The notes under the pieces are model-generated. The model worked only from the letters and a program-made list of their open reading frames with translations. It was not told the origin of the DNA and did not search any database. Positions 22,527-33,665 of a DNA stretch of 64,000 nucleotides are shown here, one piece after another; within the stretch, counting starts at the first letter, position 1; each line of letters starts with the position of its first letter. The DNA comes from Macrostomum lignano. Its lineage: Eukaryota. The translations under genes and the position numbers were made by a program. The stretch covers positions 157,743 through 221,742 of the forward strand of contig NIVC01001920.1 of the NCBI GenBank assembly GCA_002269645.1, given 5' to 3'.

Positions 22527-23575
22527 CACCCGGACTCGGTAATTATCCACCTGCTGCGGAGGCAATCAGCGTTGGCAGATCATACATTAATATACTGGCA
22601 TGTGGTATAAATAGGATAAAAACATAAAAGACCTGCCAACTAGAGCTTCTAGTTGAAACTGCAATAGCAGGCTTAAAGTGCACAAGCAAAAAAAATGAGC
22701 AAACTAATGGCTAATATTTTGACTTTCATTTGCATAAAACAAAGTCATCATAAGCCTATGCCAAGAGCCTCTTAAGAATTTGTCTGAAGATGCAAAGCTT
22801 TCTAGACTTGCAAGACAAAAAGAATGTCAAAATGAATGGAAATTTGAGTCATAATAAGTCTGCTCTAAAAACCTGAAAATTGGTTTGAAATACTAAGCAA
22901 AACTTGAGCAGAACAATTGCATTTGAAGCAAATTTTAAGATTGCAAAAGTAATCAATTATCTTTACATATACTACAATTAAGAGATAATAGATATATAAT
23001 CTGCAATTCTGCCAACTCTGCCATCTCTATTTAAAATTGGCACATTTATCTTTTTCCTTAATTGTACTTTGATACAGTTGACACAATTATGAAAAATAGT
23101 ATATTATTATGCCAAACAGAACAAATGATAGTTGTAAAATAGATTATAATTATGCTACAACTAGGTCAAAATATTCAATAAAGTTCATTTTTGTTACTAA
23201 TCAACAAATATTTTTTCAATTTTTTTCTATGTTTTTATGTGCAATTTGATATAGTTAAGGGACAATTATTATATGATAGGACCCTATTTCAATCAATATA
23301 TTTAGTACAGAACAGACTTCTTTCTATTATGTATTTATTTCTATACAACAAGGCTATTAGCAAACTATTTGTTAGGAACAATGCTAAGGCAAATCAAGAT
23401 TTTTTTGTATAATAATTAAGTTTTTTTTTCAAGGGTATCCTGAAAATCATATTATGTGATAGTTGCAAGTGCTGGCTGCTCTCTTAGTATGTTTATTTGC
23501 TTTTGTAGATTGACATCAGCTAGCAAAGAAACTACAAAAGAAAGGAACTGCAAAGGATTCTGAAAAGTCAGCTGC

Positions 23576-24552
23576 CTATAGTCCGGATCATGCTAGGTAC
23601 ACACTCGAACAAAAATTAAATAATTACAAATGCACGCAAAAAATGTTGTGCATGCCCATTCTCAAAAATATGCCGGTGTTTGCAACAATAAATGACCTTT
23701 TTTATGTTGTGACAATACAATACCTTTTTTAAATTGCATAAAAGACCCTTATTATTAGATAATTTGGTTGCTTTTTATGCTTTTTTGGTGATACTATTTA
23801 TAGCGGAAAATTTAAACACACAAAGACCATAGTCAGGATCATGTCATGGTATACACTGGAATAAAAAGTCCCCTAAAAATCTATGCCATTTCATACTGAA
23901 ATGTATGCCAAGGTTCTAGGAACTTACGCCAGGTTTTCTAGGCTTTGCGGCAATAAATGACCTTTTTTGCATTACACGGTTTAAAATTTTTTTTATAAAT
24001 TATTTAACAAATGTGTGGTTTTCATTTAAAGTAAACTTTCATCTTACAAGTTTTATGGTTTTTATGATTTTATAATAAGATTCTGAGGTTATGGCATTAT
24101 ACCAAAAATTGTTAATATTAACTTTGGCGTGAAGGTTGGAGTTGGCGTAGGCTGCTTGGCGTATTTACGCCATGGCGTCACGCCAAAAGGTATGCCAAAT
24201 ATATTTTGCCTCATTTTTTATGCCAATTGTATGCCAAAAAAAGTAAAATTTTCAATTATACGCCAGAAATTTCTGACGTAATGTACATCATCCTGACTAT
24301 GGCACAAAGATTTGTTTAAATGCTCTTTTACAAGCTTGAAAAAATTGGAAAGCTTGAAATTTGCACTTAAAAATTAATTTTTTTCATCTTTCACAATGAC
24401 TCTTATGCATGATTCTATAAAGTGCATACTAGATATGCACATATACTATTCTCTCAGGAGTGATGCACACCAACTGTGCATACCTAATTTTGGCATGCAA
24501 GGCCAATGCATACCTGAATTTTTAGGCACATACTACATGATCCGGAGTGTGG
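23576..24552. mobile_element. Outer non-autonomous DNA transposon, 8-bp TSD
   Basis: Imperfect 17-bp TIR: CTATAGTCCGGATCATG versus the reverse complement of the right end, CCACACTCCGGATCATG (14/17). TSD TCAGCTGC at 23568-23575 and 24553-24560. Confidence 0.78.
23827..24302. mobile_element. Inner related MITE nested in the previous element, 8-bp TSD
   Basis: TIR CCATAGTCAGGATCATGT (left) and ACATCATCCTGACTATGG (right). TSD CACAAAGA at 23819-23826 and 24303-24310. Confidence 0.85.
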
Positions 24553-25257
24553 TCAGCTGCATGAATAGGCCTACCCAAGAATTATAGGCCTAAAACTATG
24601 ATATTGATAAGGTTGATAAAAGCAATTTTAAATAGATGTTGAGGATAGCTATATTACCTATAAGCCAAGGAGGAAAATTGTGATAAGATGAAAAACACTG
24701 AAACATGGCACTCTAGATTGTGCTTGGTGCATAAAAACATAAAAACAGGATATAATTCTTCTAATAACCATATAACATAAATAAAACTTCTATACTATAC
24801 ATTATAGAATATGATAGAAAGCAGAGAAAGATAAAAAACAACTCATTAAAAAAGCACTCAAGACCAGGATAGAATCTTTGCATTGCATGGCAATTTTGGA
24901 ATTGAAACTTGTAAAAAGATTAGGCCCTAGACTAGCCTAACTATAGGCCTTACCAGCAACTTTTCTACTTTCAAATGGAGTCAACTTGTCTACAAGTTGA
25001 CAAGTTGGTAGCAGGCAAAGTGATTGGAATCCTTCTGAGTTCTGATAGGCCAATGCAATTGCATACTTTAACTTTGTCTTGTCATGTAGTAGGCTAGATG
25101 GGGAAAAAGCTTAAAAAATCTCCCATCTAGCCTAGAAAAAGCTCATCTATTGAGCTTTTTCTTATAGACTAGTCCGACACCCGAAGGCAGTAGGCTAGAT
25201 GGGAAAAAAGCTTAAAAAATCTCCATCTAATGTTTTGAGGGTTGACTTAGTCTTACT

Positions 25258-26721
25258 GGTTCCTGGACACTTCGTCATCTTACTACTTCATCATCCACTT
25301 ATAAGGCTTATTTCTAGACACTTTGTCATCTTACCATTTTGTTATCTATGATTCTATTGTGGAAACATCATCATCTAATCCCTGGACACTTTGTCATCCA
25401 CTTTGTCTGAAAAACTTATTGAATAGCTATATGTAACTTTGTCCACTAAGTTCTATCAAATAGCCTAGTCATAAATATAGGTGGTTACACTGGGGATTAA
25501 CTAACTGATAATTAATGAGGATTAACTACAATGAGGGAAGAGCTGGAAAAGAGAAGGGATCGCGATCAGTACAAAATTGAATTCTACTTGCAGTTTGAAT
25601 ACCATGGCATACAATATCTTGGAATTATATAGTAAAACAAAAATAATTAAAAATTATAAATATGCATACCTAAATAGCAAAATTAAATATAACTTAAAAA
25701 ATAGTACTGTGGTAAAGTTTCATGTCTGAGAAAAAGTAAAATTAAGAAGGTGAGCGCTATCATTTTTTATGTGACATGTTTTGCCTTACGTCAGGCATTG
25801 TCAGGCTCTTAAAATTAGTAACGATTTATTTGTTCATTATTATTTAACAATTAAGACTAAGAACTGGTCAATAAAGAGTCCTTACCTTAGAGTATTCTAG
25901 GTGTACACTTGTGCTCATCTCACACTCTCTCTCTCTCTCTCCCCTCATTGCAACTCTGAGCGCTCCATCGGACTGTACAATCTACTATTAATTTATATAC
26001 ATTTCTGTTTTTATCGACCCGTTCTTAGTCTTAATTGTTAAATATTAATAAGCAAATAAATCATTACTAATTTTAAGAGCCTGACGATGCCTGATGCGAG
26101 GCAAAACATGTTGCATAAAAAATGATAGCGCTGAGAACTTTCTTAGTTTAACTTAAAAATACATAATAATAAATACACAAAAATACACTATTCATAAACA
26201 TAATTAAATCTACATCGTTACAACTCCACGACAAGGACGACTAAGTCGTCCTTGCTCCACGCATTGTTGTGGAAGCGAAGCTATAATAAAATTAGGTTAT
26301 CTTCAAGTTTCGTTCGTTTAATTCCAACACCCACCCCCACCACCCTTGAATAGAGGGCGAAATAATTCCGGAAATAATTAAACGAACGAAACTTGAAGAT
26401 TGCCTAAAATTACAATGAACACTTGTACACATACAGCGTGCATTTAGATGCCAATTATAGCGAGAAGTTGAATTCCTAAGCATGTATTTAATCCTATATT
26501 TTACAGACTATTGATTGAGAAACAATTTACATGTATAAAAAAACAATCGAATAACTATTTTACAGCTTCGCGAAATCTTGGGATGACGAAGTGTCCTCAA
26601 AATTTGGTCACTTTGTTATCTAGATTTCTAAAAAAATTTTTGTATGACGAAGCGTCCAAAAACCATGGTCACTTTGTCATCTGGATGACGAACTGGTAAG
26701 ATGACGAAGTGTCCAGGAACC
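25258..26721. mobile_element. Non-autonomous DNA transposon with GG termini and 8-bp TSD (Merlin-like)
   Basis: Perfect 26-bp TIR GGTTCCTGGACACTTCGTCATCTTAC (25258-25283 and 26696-26721). TSD GTCTTACT at 25250-25257 and 26722-26729. Subterminal GGACACTTTGTCATC-like repeats on both sides. Confidence 0.88.
25753..26132. mobile_element. Foldback/MITE-like element with about 120-bp imperfect inverted arms, nested in the Merlin-like element
   Basis: Arm at about 25753-25875 (AGCGCTATCATTTTTTATG...TTAAGACTAAGAAC) is the near reverse complement of about 26008-26132. The loop contains (CT)n. TSD not resolved. Confidence 0.7.
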
Positions 26722-27890
26722 GTCTTACTTAAGTAGTAAGTTAGCGGTTTAGCCTACCAAAATAATTTTTTAGGAACTTTGGCCAAAGTTTATATGGGAT
26801 CTGTAAGCTTATTAGTCATATTATAGTTGCGCAGTTTTCAACTGGTAGCTGTTCTTTTCACCTAACAGACATGAATCTCAAACTGTTAATCATGCTTTAA
26901 GAAGAAAGCAGAACACTGCCTTTGTTTATTTCAAATAAAGTGAATTCGAACAATTATAAAAAGAATCGATTGACACTTTAAATAAAAGTGTAAGCAGCTT
27001 AAAGACTAAAACAAAAAGGCACTTTTAAATTTAAATAACCCTAGCGTTACACAACTTCTACCAACCAAAACTTTTCTAATTAAAAAATAAACTTTTAACA
27101 GTAAAACTAATAGCAATTTTGTTGCGGCTCTATAGACTCAAATTACCGTTTCAGAAACTTAAACGGTTCAGATTTTTATACTTGATTACACTCTTGACAT
27201 ACGAGTACAATTGCAACTGCTGCGTTTCACACGGTTTTTAAGCAGGGGTACTTATTTTTTGTTTTGGTGCAAAAAAGTTGTACCTAAAACTGCCATTATA
27301 CCTTGATCATTACTCTTGTGATTAGGGGCGAGAAAAATGCAGTTTCGTATTAAGCATTGAGTTTTTAATAGGTATTTGAGTTTGAAGCTACTGCCTACTG
27401 CATGAGTGAAATAAATTATTTATTACGTTATGTTGAATTTGTATTTTATTTTTAATTGATAAGTTTACTGTTTTGCCCTAATGATGCATAAAAATTATAA
27501 TTTAGTAAACTATCATTTCATTAATTTAATTAGTGTAAGTAATTGCAACATTATTGTCGTTTTAAATTATATACCATGGAGTCTAGACTTATGTTTAAAT
27601 TAGCCTGCATCAGCTTCGTGGTTTTATAATAATATTGTATACCGAAATCGTATTGAAAATAAATATTTTCAATGAAATAATGCAATATTAAAAATCGTTC
27701 ATAATTTTATGAATAAATTTCCCTTCTCATTTCACTTTTTAAGAAATAATTAACTTATGGAACCAAAAGAAGTTAAGCCAACTGCCATTTGTTTACTATA
27801 ATATAACTTCATAAAGACACGTCTCTTGAGTATGATCACTTCATTTAATATCATTTAATTTCTTTCTAATAAACTAGTCAAGTTTTTTAG

Positions 27891-30393
27891 CAAACTAATG
27901 TTACATTCAAGGAGCATCTGACATCACACATTGGGCTGTGCGAGCTTCCGCAGCCGGCTCTGGATCTGCTGACACGCCAGCTGGACTGGCGAGACCTCCT
28001 CAGCCTGGGTCGCGTTTGTCGCCGCCTCCGCACTGCTGCCTCGCGCGACTCGCTGTGGTTCGCAATCTGCGCGCGCCGCGGGTGGACAAAATTCGGTCTA
28101 CCTGGTGCCGAGTCGCTCCTCTCGCCAGCGGACGCCGACGCCGCTAGTGAAGGTCGCTTTGGTGGCTGTAGCAGCGGGGGTGCTTTTGGCACGTCGCCAG
28201 TTTTTCCTGGGCCGTCGAGTGCCGAGGAGGAGCTGCTTTGGGGCCGGTGGAAGATGGTGTTTCTCAAGGCAAGGTGAGAGGATTTGCTCAACCCAGTCAA
28301 CTGTCAATATGCCAATCTGGCAAGGTGAGGTGGCCCCCATTTCTTGCCAACTATTCAAGAGGTTATAACTCAAAGGATTCTGAAAGGAGCCATCAAATCA
28401 CATGGCTGACGTACATGCCGAGAATTACACCGCGTGACAACATAAAAACTGCTAATCTGCTAATTTTACCGTAGACTTGTAGGGCGTCAGTTCCCCAGGA
28501 ATCCCCAGGCTACAAAGCCAACACCCTTAGGCCTGGCTTTGTGTCCTGCCACGACTCTTTCGCTTTCGCAACGCGCAGATACTTAAAGAAGAGCTGGTCA
28601 ACAGGCAGATACTTGGTCTCGCCGCCGTTGAGGCCTCCAAAATCAGCGAATCCCTCTGGCTGCGACAGCGCCATCAGCGCCTTCGCTTGCAACTCCAGCG
28701 TGGCCGTCACCGGCACTGGCGAGGGCCTGCTTTGCGTGTGGCACTGCCGCAGGGCTCAGCTGATGGCCCTGCGGCTGATGGACGATCCGGTGAGGGCTGG
28801 AGCTTCTTGGATGCTGCAAAAATTTAGTCTAGACTTTATACGAGTACTTCAGGGTTGCGTAGCCCAGTGGTCCAGCGCGGCGCTTTGATGTACCAGCGGC
28901 CCAGGCTCGATTCCAAGTGCAGTCACATTAATTTGGGGCTAAATTGGAATCCCCACTTGGGTCTGCTCGTGCAAACTAACGGCCTTGAGGGCCAACGACC
29001 AAGGCACAGTGGAGTAATGTACAGTACATGCCTAACGATAAATAAAGTTAGGGCCGCTGTACACTCCTGTGTGAGTGTGTGCGTATGACTGCGTACTTAC
29101 GCTGCGTACTTATCTGCGCGCTTGTGTGCCTGCTCAGGAGAGTCGGTGGAATGGGCAGTAATGCCTCTTGCTGGATGTCGTTTAAAGTGCGCCAGGGTGT
29201 ACACGGACAGCCCCTGCATCCAACCTCTACCTACCTGTACGAGTACTTCATTCCGCTGTGTTCCCCGCACAGATCTGCTCCATCTGCATCGGCTCCGCTG
29301 GCAGTGGCAGCAGCGGTGGCAGCTGCTTCGTCTATATTGGCTGCGACAATGGCATCGCGTACGAGATGGAGCTGACTGGTGCAGCTTCGTGTGATAAGGC
29401 AGCTTCGGAATGGAATCTACAGCAGCTGACGGTGCGCAGGTGCTTTCGCTGCTGCTCCGAGTTCGACAGCGAAGGCGGTCTTGAAGTTCAACTGCTGTGC
29501 TTTGTGCGTTGCGAGGACTTTCTGCAGCTGTCTGGGTCTGGTAAGCAATACTTTGCTACTTACAGTAGCTAGGCAAGATTGAGTGTCATTTTTAGAATAT
29601 TTTCAAAGATCTGAAAGTGCTCGGGCTTGAGTTAAACCCATCCCACACAGAGCCCTCACCGGACGCCAGCCTGCTGCAGTCCAACATGCTTATTGCCTAC
29701 ACGAGCAGCGGCAGCCTAAGCTCCTGGCGCCTCGACACGGGCGCTCGCATCGGCGCCTGTCTGAGCGCAGGGCAGTCAGCTGGAGGCGGCGACTGTGACA
29801 CCCTGGCTTCCAGCTCCGTCTCGCATCAGCTGCTGGCTGTGGGCTCCTGGGATTGCGCCGTGCTGCTGTTTGACTGCCTCGCCTGCAGGCAGCTAGCAGC
29901 TCTGGCTGGCCACAGGGAGGCTGTGTCCTGCATCTGGCTGGAGGCATCGACAGGCCGACTGGCCACGGGCAGCCTCGATGGCAGCGTCCGTCTTTGGCGA
30001 TTCAGCTTTGGCGACGGCCGGTTTTGCAGCGCAGGCGCGCCGACGATCATGCGGGACTGCCACCCGGAGGTGTACTGCCTGGCCAGCCACGCCCACCTGC
30101 TGGCCAGCGGCGGCTCCGACTCCGAAATACTCATCAGCGACTGGTCCGGCCAGCAGCTGCACCGTCTCTGCGGTCACGTGGGCGTGGTGCGCAACCTGAG
30201 CATGAGCCGCCTGCGGCTGGTGTCCAGCGGTGACGTGCGCAAAGTGATGGTCTGGGACTACAGGAGAGGCAAGCAGCTCAGCGTGCTACACCGGAACCCA
30301 ACTCTGGTGCAGTTCATGCACGCCTGCGACACTTTGCTGGTCTTGGCGGCTCCCGGCAAGGCCGGCTGTCTGGTTTGCATCGCCTACTGGTAG
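27891..30393 (+). CDS. F-box/WD40-repeat protein (SCF substrate-receptor type), at least 534 aa; first exon uncertain
   Basis: Exons 27891-28273, 28579-28789, 29273-29540 and 29651-30393 join in frame. F-box LCELPQPALDLLTRQLDWRDLLSLGRVCRRLRTAASRDSLW. WD40 motifs LAGHREAVSCI...LATGSLDGSVRLW, LASGGSDSEILISDW, LCGHVGVV...VMVWD. A possible phase-0 first exon MEPKE at 27757-27771 is tentative. Confidence 0.88.
28852..29237 (+). mobile_element. tRNA-derived SINE, copy 2, in an intron of the F-box/WD40 gene
   Basis: A-box TAGCCCAGTGG (28860-28870), B-box GGCTCGATTCC (28904-28914). 13-bp TSD TACGAGTACTTCA at 28839-28851 and 29238-29250. (CTAC)-type tail. Confidence 0.87.
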
Positions 30394-30544
30394 GCGCCGC
30401 AGCTTGGACTGGTGGGCGAATTCGTCAGGAGGCTGCCGCCTTGATTCGCATGAGGGCACTGGAAACAGTTGATGGTCTGGTCTTCCGGCAACCGAGCTGC
30501 TTCATTAGATTCCTTTTTAGTTCTACCGAAAGGAACTCTCTTTC

Positions 30545-32826
30545 ATTATCTGCCGTCAGTGTCTAATTGTAGAGCTCTCTATCATTAGTGGCCGTCAGTG
30601 TCTAATTGCAGAGCTCTCAATCATTAGTGGCCGTCAGTGTCTAATTGCAGAGCTCTCTATCATTAGTGGCCGTCAGTGTCTAATTGCAGAGCTCTCAATC
30701 ATTAGTGGCCGTCAGTGTCTAATTGCAGAGCTCTCTATCATTAGTGGCCGTCAGTGTCTAATTGCAGAGCTCTCAATCATTAGTGGCCGTCAGTGTCTAA
30801 TTGCAGAGCTCTCTATCATTAGTGGCCGTCAGTGTCTAATTGCAGAGCTCTCAATCATTAGTGGCCGTCAGTGTCTAATTGCAGAGCTCTCTATCATTAG
30901 TGGCCGTCAGTGTCTAATTGCAGAGCTCTCAATCATTAGTGGCCGTCAGTGTCTAATTGGAGAGCTCTCTATCATTAGTGGCCGTCAGTGTCTAATTGCA
31001 GAGCTCTCAATCATTAGTGGCCGTCAGTGTCTAATTGCAGAGCTCTCTATCATTAGTGGCCGTCAGTGTCTAATTGCAGAGCTCTCAATCATTAGTGGCC
31101 GTCAGTGTCTAATCGGAGAGCTCTCTATCATTAGTGGCCGTCAGTGTCTAATTGCAGAGCTCTCAATCATTAGTGGCCGTCAGTGTCTAATTGGAGAGCT
31201 CTCTATCATTAGTGGCCGTCAGTGTCTAATTGCAGAGCTCTCTTTCATTAGTGGCCGTCAGTGTCTAATCGGAGAGCTCTCAATCATTAGTGGCCGTCAG
31301 TGTCTAATCGGAGAGCTCTCTATCATTAGTGGCCGTCAGTGTCTAATTGGAGAGCTCTCTATCATTAGTGGCCGTCAGTGTCTAATTGCAGAGCTCTCTA
31401 TCATTAGTGGCCGTCAGTGTCTAATTGCAGAGCTCTCTATCATTAGTGGCCGTCAGTGTCTAATTGGAGAGCTCTCTATCATTAGTGGCCGTCAGTGTCT
31501 AATTGCAGAGCTCTCTATCATTAGTTGCCGTCAGTGTCTAATCGGAGAGCTCTCTTTCATTAGTGGCCGTCAGTGTCTAATCGGAGAGCTCTCTTTCATT
31601 AGTTGCCGTCAGTGTCTAATTGCAGAGCTCTCTTTCATTAGTTGCCGTCAGTGTCTAATTGCAGAGCTCTCTATCATTAGTGGCCGTCAGTGTCTAATTG
31701 GAGAGCTCTCTTTCATTAGTTGCCGTCAGTGTCTAATTGCAGAGCTCTCAATCATTAGTGGCCGTCAGTGTCTAATTGGAGAGCTCTCTATCATTAGTGG
31801 CCGTCAGTGTCTAATTGCAGAGCTCTCTTTCATTAGTGGCCGTCAGTGTCTAATCGGAGAGCTCTCAATCATTAGTGGCCGTCAGTGTCTAATCGGAGAG
31901 CTCTCTATCATTAGTGGCCGTCAGTGTCTAATTGCAGAGCTCTCAATCATTAGTGGCCGTCAGTGTCTAATTGGAGAGCTCTCAATCATTAGTGGCCGTC
32001 AGTGTCTAATTGGAGAGCTCTCTATCATTAGTGGCCGTCAGTGTCTAATTGGAGAGCTCTCTATCATTAGTGGCCGTCAGTGTCTAATTGCAGAGCTCTC
32101 TATCATTAGTGGCCGTCAGTGTCTAATTGCAGAGCTCTCAATCATTAGTGGCCGTCAGTGTCTAATCGGAGAGCTCTCTATCATTAGTGGCCGTCAGTGT
32201 CTAATTGCAGAGCTCTCTTTCATTAGTTGCCGTCAGTGTCTAATTGCAGAGCTCTCTTTCATTAGTTGCCGTCAGTGTCTAATTGCAGAGCTCTCTTTCA
32301 TTAGTTGCCGTCAGTGTCTAATTGCAGAGCTCTCTTTCATTAGTTGCCGTCAGTGTCTAATCGGAGAGCTCTCTTTCATTAGTTGCCGTCAGTGTCTAAT
32401 CGGAGAGCTCTCTTTCATTAGTGGCCGTCAGTGTCTAATCGGAGAGCTCTCTTTCATTAGTGGCCGTCAGTGTCTAATTGCAGAGCTCTCTTTCATTAGT
32501 TGCCGTCAGTGTCTAATTGCAGAGCTCTCTTTCATTAGTGGCCGTCAGTGTCTAATCGGAGAGCTCTCTTTCATTAGTTGCCGTCAGTGTCTAATCGGAG
32601 GGCTCTCTTTCATTAGTGGCCGTCAGTGTCTAATCGGAGAGCTCTCTTTCATTAGTGGCCGTCAGTGTCTAATCGGAGAGCTCTCTTTCATTAGTTGCCG
32701 TCAGTGTCTAATCGGAGGGCTCTCTATCATTAGTGGCCGTCAGTGTCTAATCGGAGAGCTCTCTTTCATTAGTTGCCGTCAGTGTCTAATCGGAGGGCTC
32801 TCTATCATTAGTTGCCGTCAGTGTCC
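30545..32826. repeat. 39-bp satellite array, about 58 copies
   Basis: Unit ATCATTAGTGGCCGTCAGTGTCTAATTGCAGAGCTCTCT. No unique spacers. Confidence 0.97.
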
Positions 32827-33309
32827 TAATCAGGGCACACCAAAGATTTGCGGTTTTGACTTCTAATAGAATAACTTTGTAACTTTTTTTACCTATATGT
32901 GTTTTTTCCCGTGTGCTCAGAGCATATGAAAATTATGAAATCCTGCGGTGCCACGCTTTAAAGAAAGAAATATTGATAAAAACTAGCATTTACATGTACA
33001 TGTGCTTCGACAGTGACAAATCAGTGCTTGTAATGTTTTACATAATGTTTACAACGAATTAGATTCACAGGCTAAATTTCCATTAATATTTATCCACGCA
33101 AAATGTTTTCCAAAGATCTTAATTTCGTCTTCCTGTCTTTGCCGGCCCAAGACCTGTCGTGAGCCGCGCAGCTTTAATCACCTTGGCGTAATCTGGTTCT
33201 AGTAGTTGAGGCCTAATCCAGATTCCAAAGGCCAAAATTGTCTGTCAGCCAAGATGACATGCAGCAGTCACTCGTCTTAATGAATTCACAAGGGATGCGT
33301 GGAGGGGTT

Positions 33310-33373
33310 GGCAGGCACCCTGGAGGCGAACGTCAAGAATGGCACCACGGAGGAAATGAAGATTGAGATACTG

Positions 33374-33467
<94 letters not shown>

Positions 33468-33468
33468 C
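33310..33468 (+). pseudogene. 60-bp inverted fragment of the methyltransferase exon 1 fused to (CTA)n
   Basis: 33310-33369 matches the reverse complement of 42979-43038 at 55/60 nt (AGTLEANVKN). It is followed by about 33 CTA units (33371-33468). Confidence 0.8.
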
Positions 33469-33665
33469 GAGACTTTTTTAGTACATTAAAATACAAAGAT
33501 TAAAATGAAACAGGTTGATAATCTATGGTTGGTCGGATTTCCGAAGTCTGTATAGGAATGACTCGGCTGTAACAACAAATGATACGTACATGTAATTGAA
33601 TCTTTACTTCATGTAGAAGTTTTCAATTTTCCTTCCTGGCAGTACAAAGTCCCGTCACTCAGCCT

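Noticed and set aside
30545-32826. 39-bp array as a CRISPR
   Set aside because: The units are contiguous, with no unique spacers and no cas genes, and the context is eukaryotic.
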